Positions 38,521 through 52,906 of a stretch of 64,000 bases of DNA are shown here, in pieces. The stretch is from contig NC_043006.1 of NCBI RefSeq assembly GCF_006345805.1, positions 35,712,001 to 35,776,000 on the forward strand, in the 5' to 3' direction. This DNA comes from Octopus sinensis. Its lineage: Eukaryota. The notes below the pieces were generated by a model. That model made no database searches. It saw nothing but the letters and a program-made list of their open reading frames with translations, and was not told where the DNA came from. The position numbers were made by a program, and so were the translations under genes. Numbering within the stretch: position 1 is the first letter of the stretch; every line of letters starts with the position of its first letter.

Positions 38521-40286
38521 AAAAAAACGATACAAATAAAATTACAAAATAAAATACAAAATAAAAATACAAAAAATAAAAATACAGAATAAAATTACAA
38601 GTACAAAAAATATAGTACAAGAAATAAAACAAACAAAAAAACAGACAATGAGGGCCATAATGCTGGCCTACACGAGGAAAGATTCTAAGAGCGCTAGAAG
38701 AACAAAAAATAATAAGGGTAGAAAATGTAGAAAAAGTTTTCATACCGGTGGTTGGTATGCGTAATAAAGTCAATAGACAACATATTTTCATATATAATGG
38801 TGTGCAAGCCATTATGTATTTATACACGAAATACAAATAATTTATTTTCTCATTCATAAAATGTTCGTAATTACAAAGCATTACTGGTACGCAGTTTTAA
38901 TTTTATTATTTGCTGCCGAATATAACTGCACTTGCGCGGTGGATTTGAAAATATAATTTATACGTATGCGGCACGTATGTTTGTTTTCGTTGCGTAGTAG
39001 CAGTATAATTATATATTAATTTTAACGACCTCACTGATGGAGTACAGATGGCAAATTAATTTATTTGCTCATTAATAAAGAAACTCGAGTTTTATTTTTA
39101 GTCATTCTCTTTTTATTTTCATTCTCTTTGAAATTGCTTTTATTCATTGTTAGGGTTTTCTATGGCGATGTGCATAGTGTGTGTGTGTGTGTGTATGTGT
39201 GTGTGTTGTGTGTGTGTGTGTGTGTGTGCGTGTGTGTGAGTATGTTCTTGTGTTTGTGTCTGTGTATGTATATATGCTTGAGTTTGATAGAGGGAATGTA
39301 TGAGGAAAACCGACACACAGGCACACAGATACGCGCGCACACACACACACACACCCACATACACACACATATATATATATATTTATAAGTATGTATGTCG
39401 GTAGAAAGGTAGATTGATGGGTATGTATGTATTATGTATCTATGTATATGGGTAGGTAGGTATGTGTTTGTGGTTTTGTGCATGTATATGTCCTCTCACA
39501 GCGCTCGGAAACCGATGTTGCTTTGCTTACGTCTTCATAGGCTTGCGGTTCGGCGAAAGAAGCCGAGAAAATAAGCAAGTGGGCCAATTTGTTCGACTAA
39601 AACCCTTCATGGTGGTACTTCAGAATGGCTGCCGTCCAGTGACTGAAACGAGTGAAAGACAGCAGAAAATCAATGTGCTTCTTTCTCTCTATTACATTTT
39701 AATATCTGCAAAGAAAGCTTTACTAATATTATGTCACAGAAAATAACATTAGTCACTCGAGTCCTGATATGGTGTGGATTAGGAATAAATAAATATATAA
39801 TATACAAACTCTTATCACTATATATTTAAAAACGTGGTAACTTTACTATTATTCGACAGTACCTGAAAGTGTGGTGCTCTGACGGGCAATGAAGTATTGA
39901 AATCTGGCCGCTGAATCTTCAATCGAACTTATCGACAAAAGTCCTTCAATGGCCTAATTTCATAGCGAGAATGAAATTCATGCGAGGATGACTCAGTACA
40001 TTTACAAGTCCGTTGTGCTTGCTGCAGTGATGACTGTCGCGTGGTCAACTTTATGTCATTATGTAAATCAGCTGTGTCACGCTAAAGTCATCTTCTGCTA
40101 CTATCATCAGCAGGTCTGGACTTTCCCAGAAGAAGAGGTGAGTGATTCTTCCTGAATTATCAAAATTACGAGGAGATTGAATAAATAAATTCGATTGTCT
40201 CAATTGAGAACATTTTATTCCATCATTGCCCCAGTATCACATGATCAAGGATATATGTATACATCTATATGCCAATATCTATCTAT

Positions 40287-40340
<54 letters not shown>

Positions 40341-40379
40341 GTATGTAGATTGATAGATATACATGCGTATGAATATATA

Positions 40380-40428
<49 letters not shown>

Positions 40429-40623
40429 TGTATGCATGTATATGTACATGTAATATATATAAATATATACATGCATATATACATATATATATATACACAT
40501 TTATCTATATATATAAATATGTCTATATAAATGTATACATGCTTTTATATACATATATATATACATACACACACACACGCACACACACACACGCACACAC
40601 TCACGCACACACACACATACACG

Positions 40624-40673
<50 letters not shown>

Positions 40674-41428
40674 CTTCAGTTTAGGAAGTTCATTATTCAT
40701 TTTAATGAAATCCAATCCATGCGTATTGCAATCTTTATGTATCCGTGATAAGTTATATCTATTTATATGTATGCGTGTGTTTTTTTAAAATATTTTTGTG
40801 GATGTATGTGTACGTCACACAGTCAGATATCCCACACCGGTACATCAGGTATATGCCTATGCTGGTGTGCAGGATCTGTGAATAAATGTAAAAGCATGTT
40901 TTAAGTGTGTGTGTATGCGTCAAAGTGATTATTGGTTTGTAGGTATGAGAGAATGAGCGTTCGTATCATATTCTCAATTGTACTTATTTTTCCCCGTTCT
41001 ATTATGTATTTACCAATGTTTTTGGTTGTCTCTCCCCTTATCTATCTGATAGTCGAGAAATCTTCATACATATCTGCTTATGCAGGATGTTTTTTCTTCT
41101 TTCTGCACCTCTAAAACAGCTATCAGTATAAATTTGTAACTATCCAAATTCTATCTATCGATTTAGGCTTCTACGTTTTTATCAATCTATTTCCCGATAT
41201 GGATGCGAACATATAAAATTGTACATATGCGCGTATCTATGTAGATATGTGTGTGTGTACGTGTGTGTGTTTGTGCTTCTATGCAATTTTTATACATGTA
41301 TACAATATATGCAATTATATATATATATATGAACATAAACATTATATATATATATATTTATATAGATATAAATGCATATATAACACAAACATGTATATAT
41401 CTATATATATATATATATACTTAAACCG

Positions 41429-41474
<46 letters not shown>

Positions 41475-41594
41475 TGCAGCTACGTATATATCAATGGGAA
41501 CAATACGTTTGGAAATAAATAAAACAAATTTAGCGATACACCCCCCAACATACCTTCTTTTCCACTGTATACATATATATATATATTATATATG

Positions 41595-41640
<46 letters not shown>

Positions 41641-41713
41641 GGGAGAGAGAGAGGGGGATACATATATAGAAATAGTTGAATACTAAGTTATATATAGAGA
41701 TAGATAGATAGAT

Positions 41714-41819
<106 letters not shown>

Positions 41820-42309
41820 TACATACTGCAACTGGCATACATAATTCCACACCATATAACTATCTGCACGTATAACAGTCTTAATCATGCATACACTCAT
41901 TTATAGATACGCTTATGCACTTATGTGTGTGTTGTATTTATATATATATATGTGTGTGTGTGTGTGAATGCATGTATGTAAGTATGCATTTATGTATGTA
42001 TGTATGTATGTATTTATGTATGTATTATGTATGTATATAGGTGTGTGAGTGTGTATATGTCTACTTCATCTTCCTGCTTCTGATATCGGGTTGTGTCATC
42101 TCCTTTCTAATTGACACTAATGCTTGTCATCGATTGCATGGTAGCGTATTATTACTCAAACGATTACTTTTATATAAACTAAACTATGAAACGAAGCATG
42201 TACACATACATACATACATACATACCTACATATATACATATTTATGTATATGTGTTTACTTATGTTATGGATGATTATATATATCTGATTACATATACAT
42301 ATATATAAG

Positions 42310-42384
<75 letters not shown>

Positions 42385-42748
42385 CATATATATATACATA
42401 TATATATATATATGTATATATATAATCAGATACATAGATAAATAGAGAAACAGACAGACAGACAGATATATAGATAGAGAGAGAGAGAGACAGAGATAGA
42501 AGGAGAGAACATGAACTCGCTTTGCCTTCTCAAATTTTCCTAAATGGCGATTTTTTATTTACTTCGAATTACAATAAATGTATTCCTAAAATTATTTGTA
42601 AGAGCCAATTTACATATATGTAAATGTATATGTGTGTGTGTGCGTGTTGTGTGTGCGTGTGTGTGTGCGTGTTTGTGTGTGCGTGTGTGTGTATATGTGT
42701 GTGTTTGTATGTACGTATATATATATGTGTATGTGTATATATGCATAC

Positions 42749-42826
<78 letters not shown>

Positions 42827-42851
42827 TATATATATGTATGTATACACATAA

Positions 42852-43308
42852 TGTGTGAGTGCGTGTTGTGTGTACTTTTTTCCCCTTATATTCAAATTTT
42901 CTATTCCTATGATTTGAACAATAAAAATTTCAACCTAATTTTTCATCCTTTTTCCTTTTTTCACTGTCGATAATAAAATATTGAATACACATATCTAATG
43001 TACCGCGAATATTTGAATAGAATATATATTTGCTAAGATGCATCCATAACATAAGTAAGCTGAGATATATTTTGAGAAAAGGTATGATGGCGATAAAAAC
43101 ATATATCGCAAAAATTTCACTTGAAAAAATGGCGTCAAGAAAACACATAGAATTCTGACGCCATTTTGAAAATAAAAAAAATTGAGAATTACATATAAAT
43201 GTCAGATATAGAATTTTGAGTGAGATAAAACTATAATAATAGCGTCAGCGATGTTTTTCTTTTTTTTCTTTAGCATTATATATACATAAGTTACACACTG
43301 TAGGTACG

Positions 43309-43341
<33 letters not shown>

Positions 43342-44341
43342 CTATATATATCTGTAGGTACGTATATGTATATATATATCTATATATGCATCATGTATAT
43401 AACTATATGCATAAATATGTGTGGGTGAGGGTGTGTATGTACATTTATATAACAATATATATACACATATGTACAAATAAATATACATACAGAGACCCTC
43501 TCCCTTCACCTCTCTCACACACACACGCACATACACACACACGCATATACATACACACAATGCAGATTTTCAATAACAAGACTCATCGTGCCATGTAGAA
43601 AATTTTTATATCTCCGCATGGACAGAAGACATTGGTATTTTCTTTTGTTTTCGCTCGCTTCATCATTCAATGTAGGTTGAACGGAGAGCAAACGAGTAGA
43701 CAGTGGTAAGAGCTGCTCACACTTGCAACGTGGATAACCAAGGGATTTGTCATGTAATATTACACACACACACACACACACCACGTACGCACACACATAC
43801 ACACATACACACAGACACACATATATATTATATGTAGATGTGTATGTATGTATATGTAGACATATATATATGTATGTATACACATATATGTGTGAGTGCG
43901 TGTTGTGTGTACTTTTTTCCCCTTATATTCAAATTTTCTATTCCTATGATTTGAACAATAAAAATTTCAACCTAATTTTTCATCCTTTTTCCTTTTTTCA
44001 CTGTCGATAATAAAATATTGAATACACATATCTAATGTACCGCGAATATTTGAATAGAATATATTTGCTAAGATGCATCATAACATAAGTAAGCTGAGAT
44101 ATATTTTGAGAAAAGGTATGATGGCGATACAAAACATATATCGCAAAAATTTCACTTGAAAAAATGCGTCAGAAAAACACATAGAATTCTGACGCCATTT
44201 TGAAAATAAAAAAAATTGAGATTAACATATAAATGTCAGATATAGAATTTTGAGTGAGATAAAACTATAATAATAGCGTCAGCGATTTTTTCTTTTTTTT
44301 CTTTAGCATTATATATACATAAGTTACACACTGTAGGTACG

Positions 44342-44373
<32 letters not shown>

Positions 44374-44905
44374 CTATATATATCTGTAGGTACGTATAGT
44401 GTATATATATATCTATATATGCATCATGTATATAACTATATATGCATAATATGTGTGGGTGAGGGTGTGTATGTACATTTATATAACAATATATATACAC
44501 ATATGTACAAATAAATATACATACAGAGACCCTCTCCCTTCACCTCTCTCACACACACACGCACATACACACACACGCATATACATACACACAATGCAGA
44601 TTTTCAATAACAAGCATCGTGCCATGTAGAAAATTTTTATATCTCCGCATGGACAGAAGACATTGGTATTTTCTTTTGTTTTCGCTCGCTTCATCATTCA
44701 ATGTAGGTTGAACGGAGAGCAAACGAGTAGACAGTGGTAAGAGCTGCTCACACTTGCAACGTGGATAACCAAGGGATTTGTCATGTAAGATAATACACAC
44801 ACACACACACACACACGTACGCACACACATACACACATACACACAGACACACATATATATGTATATGTAGATGTGTATGTATGTATATGTAGACATATAT
44901 ATATG
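42852..44905. repeat. Direct tandem duplication, ~1037-bp unit x2
   Basis: TGTGAGTGCGTGTTGTGTGTACTTT at 42854 and 43891; near-identical units differing mainly by small indels. Confidence 0.95.
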
Positions 44906-45491
44906 TATGTATGATGTATGTATGTATGTATGTATGTATGTATGTATGTATGTATGTATGTATGTATGCATGCATGTATGTATTACGCCAATCAATGTTT
45001 TAACTTAGATTTCATTCTAATATTTTAAAAGTGTCGTAGTGAAAAGAATTTCAAACGCTGGCAATGAATGTATGATCATACAAATTAAAGAAATCATTGC
45101 ACCTGATTCCTGGTTTTGCGTTGGAACATTTCATGAGCAGAAAATGAGAGTGACTCTTCTTTGATGTGTCTCAAAATAAACATGTACCTTGTCAGAATGA
45201 TCCCATTTTTTGTGCCCACGGAAAAATATAAACATTCGTTTAAGTCTCATTACTTTGCGCAGCAAGTTTTATGGTTTAAATAATATAGAAACAGCTGCAT
45301 CTGAATTTTAAATTTTCTATTATACGATCTGTTTTGCATAATTAATCTGTGTATATACGTATTGATGTTTTTAGTTCACAGATGAGATCCATTTTTATGT
45401 ACATACGCATGTGCATACACACACACTCGCACACAAACACACACACACTCGCACGCGCGCACGCACACACACACACACACACACACACAAG

Positions 45492-45538
<47 letters not shown>

Positions 45539-45559
45539 GTATATATGTATGTATTTCCA

Positions 45560-46200
45560 TCTGTCTCCGCCCACTATTCTTGGGTGCATCATAGAGTTAG
45601 AATCCTTCGGCACCTCCTCCATAGAGTCCGACCAGAAGTAAACCTCCTTAAACTCTTCGGCACGAATTGTAAATGCGACCAAATTAGACTATGGATATTA
45701 CCCAATCATCTCATTTTGGGGCTCATCTCTAGACCTGCAGCCATTTGTCTCAGCTTGAAGAATCCGTCACGTGGTCCTTTCCTGTGACACATAAATGTAA
45801 TAACGGAATTGTGACCTCTCAAAGAGGAGAAGTAGCAGCTTGAACTAGGAAGCTTCCTGAATTCCGAGCGACGCATCCTTTCGGGTATCCTTACTCCAGA
45901 GATACTTTGGATGAGCCCCGTTTCGCCTTCTTGCATTCGCAATCGTTCAGTTTTGGTCATTACACGGTATTTATTACTGTAGGTGACGAGAGACACTAAA
46001 ACCGAACTGAAGGTAGCAAGTTTGGCTTTTTCACCAACCCCTCCACTTTTAAGGATTGAATGCTGGTGCTGGTGCTGGTGCATCATTTTCCCAGCAGCTG
46101 CAATTCTAGTATCTAATTCAATCTCGGGTGTCCCATACCTCATGAATACAGCTCCGAGATACTTAATTTTCCCCACTTGATTAAATAATATTCCGCTGGC
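45560..46200 (-). mobile_element. RTE-clade LINE 3' fragment (RT C-terminus), decayed
   Basis: QVGKIKYLG..EIELDTRIAAA..KAKLATFSSVLVSLVTYS..VMT..RMQEGE matches the RTE/Expander RT C-terminal pattern. Confidence 0.8.
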
Positions 46201-46723
46201 ATGCAAATTACACTGAGGAAAATTCCTTGAGCGGACCAATGTCTCAGACGCAAAAGTCGGCAACGAACTTATTCGGTGCATGTTCGAGATCACCTTTGAA
46301 TATGATTAAAACACTCTCTATGGGTCTCCCTTTCTAAATGGAGATTATCACTCTGGTTTGCCATTGCTTTGGTGTCTTTCCAGAGGTCGTCGTCACCTAA
46401 CATATACGAGTTAGCCAGAGAAAACCTTTTCTATTTAAAGCTTTTAACATTGAAGTCTCTTTGTAAAGCAAATCGATCGGTATTAACTACGTCTAAAACT
46501 GCAATAATTTCACCAGGGAAGGATTTTTATTTGGCCTCACTGTTCAATGCATGCACTTGCAACATCCACGGTAGTTCAACCTAAGCTTCAAAACGCAAAC
46601 TCTACCGTCTAGTGGGGTCCACTCCATAAAACATTAAGCAGTAAGGGCATCCCTTGGCTGTGCAGACATAATTGGCATCATACCTGGATAGTGAAGTTTC
46701 TACCATCCACCCAACTCATACAC

Positions 46724-46771
<48 letters not shown>

Positions 46772-46772
<1 letters not shown>

Positions 46773-47468
46773 TAGCAGTATTGCCCAGCTCGTGCGCTCA
46801 TGCGTTCTATGCACGCGCGAATTAAGCTAAACTTGGATGAGTTCAATGAAAATTTTAGATCAGTATTTCTCAACGGGGATTTAAGGGGAGAGTTTCAGGG
46901 AGTCGCTGGTGATGTATCGGGGTGATCAAAAATCCGGTCTGCTAAAGTTTGGTTAAAATGATTCAAACGGCAGACTCAACGCAAAATGGTCACATTTAAT
47001 TCAAAGCGTTAAAAATGTTATGAAAACAATTGGTATGTGTTCACAAATTTCAAACGATTAATACGAAAAAACCCTCCAGGCTACATCCCGAAAATTCATT
47101 TCTTTACCGAATTTCTACAATGTTTACGGCGATTCGTTTTTATATCTTAATTTTTTATTTTTCATGCAATTTACGCATGCTTGCACGCGTGGTGAACACA
47201 TTTCACGTCAAACAGCTGACTGAGTAAAGTTCACTATTTAATGCATGGGATAAGGCCTAAACAAGCACATTATCGACTTTTGCACTTGCGAGATGAATTT
47301 TGGGACAGAAATAGCACAGTTCAATTTTCATTCGCCTAAACTTTAAGTGACCCATTTTTGGTGGTTCTACAATTTGTTGGCTAGGAGGAGATGTGCCGGG
47401 AAGTTAAACACACAGACGCACACACAGATACACACACAGACACACAAGTTGAGTTTTATATATACAGA
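46772..47468 (-). mobile_element. Non-autonomous Helitron, 697 bp
   Basis: A|TCTGTATATATAAAACTCAAC plus a (GT)-rich 5' end; 3' end ..GGGCAATACTG-CTAG|T; inserted between A and T with no TSD. Confidence 0.75.
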
Positions 47469-47751
47469 TGTATGTATGTATGTAATGTAATGTATGTATG
47501 TATAGGCGATAGGTGACGGGTAGATGTGTTCTGTATTGAAAACACGTAGTTGTGATCGAATAAATTGAACTTAAACTCTCAATGCTTTCTCTAAAACTAA
47601 GTCCGCGATATCAAGAGTAGCTATAAGAGAACTCACGGCGAGCTTATGTGCAGTTAGTGATGCAGATAAACACAATTTCGCTATACACATGCACACACAC
47701 GCATATTTACATAAACACACATACATACTTACATAAATAAATCTATATCTA

Positions 47752-47855
<104 letters not shown>

Positions 47856-48071
47856 ATATATGTATATACATATATACATATATATACATATATATATCGA
47901 TAGATATATATGTAGATATATAAATATACATATATATATACATATATATATACATACATATATATATACATATATATATATACATACATATATATATATA
48001 TACATATATGTATATACATACATACACACACATGCACACACACACAAACACACACACACACACACACACAC

Positions 48072-48149
<78 letters not shown>

Positions 48150-48689
48150 TATGTACCCATGTATGTATTTAGACATATGTAAGATTTGTTATTAAGCCTA
48201 ATTGTATAATTTTCTTTTAGCTTTTCTACAGGGGCTCAAACGTATATGCCACTGAATCCTATATAATCCGGTATAATCTAAACGTTTGTTCCATATTAAA
48301 CGTAGATATCCTCTACAAGAGATTGTAAATAAGATAATTCTGCAGAATTACAAAGAACATAGATTATCGTTTCACTTACGACAGAATGACTGCCTCTGGA
48401 ACTATCGCCTTCATGTCTATGTTCTCAAGAAATCGGCTTACCAAATATTAATTAGTTACAAATATAAGATTTTTGTATATTTCTCTATAAGACAGAAAAA
48501 AAGCATCTCAAAAGTCTATTCTGTTTTACTTTCTCAAATAAGATTCTTATAAACTGAATGAATACTTATAATAATGCTTTGCACTGTCTCCTTAAGGTAT
48601 ATGTATAGTTAATGTGGAGCATAATGCGGTGCTAGTGATTCGCAAGAACACTATAAGTATTCACTGTTTCGTTTCCATGTTTTAATCAT

Positions 48690-49045
48690 TAGACCGCAGT
48701 CATGCTGGGGTACCACCTTGAAGGCTTTTCGTCGAACCAATTACCCCCAGTCCTTACGTTCTTTGAAGTCTGGTACTTATTCTATCGGCTTCTTCTGCTG
48801 AACCGCTAAGTTACGGAGACGTATTCCAACCAACACCAGTTGTCAAGCGGTGTGAAGGGATGAACAGGAAGACACACTCACATACATATACATACACACG
48901 TATATACACAACGAAAGTGTTTCACTCAGAGGGCGATGGTCGCCCCGGAACTATACTAGAAGACATTTGCTCAAGATGTCATGCGATGGGACTGAACTGG
49001 ACACCATATGGTTAAGAAATAAACACCTAACTACACGACCATGCT
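48690..49045 (-). mobile_element. Diverged SINE family A
   Basis: Head and tail blocks recognisable. Confidence 0.65.
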
Positions 49046-49507
49046 TTAGTAGTAATATACGCCATTTTCAGTAACTAAGGGAGCGTCTAAACGACCACTT
49101 AGTATGTCAGAATTAGTAATAAAATCCCTGGGATCAAGTAACTTGTCTTTTGCCGGTTACTCGAGCATCTAGAAGTTTTAAACAAATAATCTTATTCCTT
49201 TTTCTTATTCTTATTTCCTTTTATACTATCTTAGGAAAGAAATAACCTGTTGTTAAATGCAGACAAAATACATAAAATAGTTGGGTTCTCGTCCCTCGAA
49301 AATCTTTGGTTGACAATTGTGCTGAGGCCTTTTTACTGGATGAGTTTTGAGGATGAGACGGTTCTGACAGCTTTATTTGATATTCTGAGAACAAGATGAC
49401 CTATGTTGCCACCGTTCTTCTTTAAACTATTTTCAAGTCAAACGCTGCTTGTAGGGAAACAGGGAGATAATGTTACTGAGTAGTGGAAACAATGTGGGTG
49501 GCACGAC

Positions 49508-49822
49508 ATCTTCTTTATCGTTGCATCTCAACCATGTTGCTTCTCTTATCCATGTTCTCGTTTGGAGAGTATTCACACTTACTGTTCGTTTCACATCTAA
49601 TTCATCACTGCACACATAAAATATATCACCTCCAACACTATTCCCTTCCCATGTCACTAGGCTCATCACTACACGCACATAATATTCCGGTGTCTTCAAG
49701 TCAACATACTTTATGTGTGCAGTGACGAATGAAATATGAAACGAGCAGCAAGTGTGAAGACTCTCTCAACGAGAACGTGGATAAGGGAAGCAACATGGTT
49801 TAGATGCGATGATAAAGAAGAT
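49508..49822. repeat. Diverged inverted repeat, 113-bp arms (49508-49620 and 49710-49822)
   Basis: TTTATGTGTGCAGTGA..GAAGCAACATGGTT..GATAAAGAAGAT is present in both orientations. Confidence 0.85.
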
Positions 49823-51729
49823 TTTTTAATGGAAACATGTCGTGGTAAAGGTGAAAAAAAAGATACGGTGACGACGGCAAATTGGAAGGTGGGATAGATT
49901 GTGGCCTACTCCCCTTGAATGACCCTCTTTCAGGGGTTGGGATGCTAGCTAAGGCCCCTTTCTTGCGTAAGGGTGAACGATTTGCATCAAGCAGCACAGT
50001 GACCGTTTTCTTTGTTTAAACTCAGCAAGCGCGGTTTTGCTTGAACGGCTTTTGGAAGTTGGTTTGTTGGGGTCAGGTATGGCATTTAGGGAAACATGTC
50101 TAATAGGATAATTTCAATCACCTCCTGATTTAAATGAGGTGCAGGCGGTATTCAGCCCATGTGCTGCCAAAGATAATCTATATAGAACTGGTTACGACTC
50201 GACTAGTCACATGCGTTAAAGGCTCATAAGCGCTGGGCATGGCATAACATTGGAATGCGAGGTGGATAATCGAGCAAAAGTAGCTGGCGGGTGAAATGAT
50301 GGGAACCGAACCGGTAATTGCTTGATAGTGATTAGAAGGTAAGAAAAAGAATGTTTGGACTTTTTGCATTTCACTAATGAGATATTCATGGGAGAGAAGA
50401 CTAATTGAGGTAAAGAGTTACGGATCGTAAAATATTTGGTGTTAGAGGCAGGAAGAATTGAGAATGGCGACGTCAGCGAGAATGAAGACGTCAGCGAGAA
50501 TTAGGACTCCTGGGAGGAGATCGTTGTCTTCAAGGCAGAAACATATTGGCTATATTATCTATTGTATTATCTATTTGGAGAAGTTAGAGTGTGATACAGG
50601 GTAAATTTAGCTGCTATTTTTCCATGAGCAAATGACTACGTAAATGCTTCACTTGTTCCCCAGAATTTTTTTCTTTCCTGTGTGTGTCAAGAACTATATT
50701 ATCCAGTGCCTTTCATAGAGTAGGATCTGTGGAAGATTTAGCTGCTATTATAAGCAGATCGCGTGACTGCACACAGGTTTCAATTATTCTTGTCGTATAG
50801 ACCAGGTTTGTATGCCTTTTACAAACTGTGATCTATGTTATATTTATCTACTATTATTAGTAGACCGTATAGAGTTCACATACTTTTCTATAGCCCAGCC
50901 CAGTTAATTGTACATCTAAAACTCCATTATAGAAAAAATCTTCCATTTTTAATACATTATGATCTGATTTCAAGCACATTTGACTGCTATATTTAGCTGA
51001 TGGAGCGACGGAGGACAACGGCTTGCAAGATTGCTTCAGTTCACCCATTGGTTAATCTTATCGATAGATAGACACCCGAATCAAGTAAAAATGTTTTCCC
51101 ACTAAAACCCTAAATCTCTCCATATTTACTGCTGCCAAACCAAACAACAGTTGGCATTTCTCCAAGTTTGACTCTAAAATGGTAAAATACTAATACCATG
51201 AAAACTGAGACTGTATTGAATGGCGGCGATGGGTGGGTGTCGGCTGGGGTGTTCCATTGTCTATATTTTGTTTGTTATTTATATTTCCATTCATTAAGTT
51301 ATGTGTGACAGGCGCTGAATAATTTATCATTCTGCTCACTTTCAATGTCTGAAAATGTATAAATGTACAATTGAAGACACAAATGCGCACACGCACACAC
51401 GCACAAACACACACACACACACACATACACACACACACACAACACACACACACACACTCACGCACACACGTACACACAAAACGAGACGTGAGAAAGTTTA
51501 AGTACGGACACATTCATATAGACACACGTATACGCACACAAGGGTTTCCGTTGGCTGTGTATACATATAATATATATGTATGTGTGTATGTGTATATATA
51601 TATATATATATACATACATACACACATACATATACATATGCAAAGACAGATACATACATATATATGCATACATACATTCATATATATATGTATATATACA
51701 TAATATATATACATATATATATATACATA

Positions 51730-51767
<38 letters not shown>

Positions 51768-51808
51768 CGTGTGGCATCTATGTGTAATAGTGCCCTCTAT
51801 ATATAATT

Positions 51809-51842
<34 letters not shown>

Positions 51843-51871
51843 ATATATATACACACGTATATATATTATAT

Positions 51872-51952
<81 letters not shown>

Positions 51953-52179
51953 TAAGAAATATTGAATTTCTAAATCTCTCGTAGAGACATGTACGGTGGT
52001 GTGGCGATAGAATGGTTGTGTACTGTCAATCTAACAAGAACGTCACAGTAGGGGGTACACCACCGCTGTATAGCCCTAGGAAGCATCTAACGCCTCCTGA
52101 TGGCTTTGACACATTTTTCCCTGTGTCCTTATATACATATACGAAGGGGAGACAAACACCTTCGGCTGCCGAAACTGCA

Positions 52180-52224
52180 TCTAGGGACACGTGTTTCAGG
52201 ATCGTTGTCCTTCATCGGCCTAGA
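52180..52224 (-). ncRNA. Type I hammerhead, U4C core variant, GUC site
   Basis: Exact mirror of 52644-52688. Confidence 0.8.
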
Positions 52225-52643
52225 GTAGCAGACACCGGTCAACCGGTGATATCTGTCTCGACTTCGTAATTGTATATACCTATACTCATTGAAGTCTACT
52301 CACTGATTATCAAAGTAAGAAATATTGAATTTCTAAATCTCTCGTAGAGACATGTACGGTGGTGGGGCGATAGAATGGTTGTATACTGTCAATCTAACAA
52401 GAACGTGACAGTAGGGGGTACACCACCGCTGTATAGCCCTAGGAAGCATCGAACGCCTCCTACGTTCTTGTTAGATTCACAGTATACAACCATTCTATCG
52501 CCCCACCACCGTACATGTCTCTACGAGAGATTTAGAAATTCAATATTTCTTATTTTGATAATCAGTGAATAGACTTCACTGAGTATAGGTATATACAATT
52601 ACGAAGTCGAGACAGATATCACCGGTTGACGGGTGTCTGCTTC

Positions 52644-52688
52644 TCTAGGCCGATGAAGGACAACGATCCTGAAACACGTGTCCCTAGA
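52644..52688 (+). ncRNA. Type I hammerhead, U4C core variant, GUC site
   Basis: TCTAGG-CCGATGA-AGGA(CAACGA)TCCT-GAAA-CACGTG-TC-CCTAGA: 6-bp helix I, 4-bp helix II, palindromic ACACGTGT. Confidence 0.8.
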
Positions 52689-52862
52689 TGCAGTTTCGGC
52701 AGCCGGGGGTGTTTGTCTCCCCTTCGTATGGAAAAATGTGTCAAAGCCATCAGGAGGCGTTCGATGCTTCCTAGGGCTATACAGCGGTGGTGTACCCCCT
52801 ACTGTCACGTTCTTGTTAGATTGAGAGTATACAACCATTCTATATATATATGTATGTATGTA

Positions 52863-52906
<44 letters not shown>

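Larger units (their letters stand above)
51953..52842. mobile_element. Retrozyme-like / non-autonomous PLE-like insertion: 345-363 nt unit, tandem-permuted and inverted
   Basis: Left arm 51953-52461 is 1.4 units (period 363); right arm 52462-52842 is an inverted 1.1 units (period 345); one HHR per arm; (TA)n on both flanks. Confidence 0.8.
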
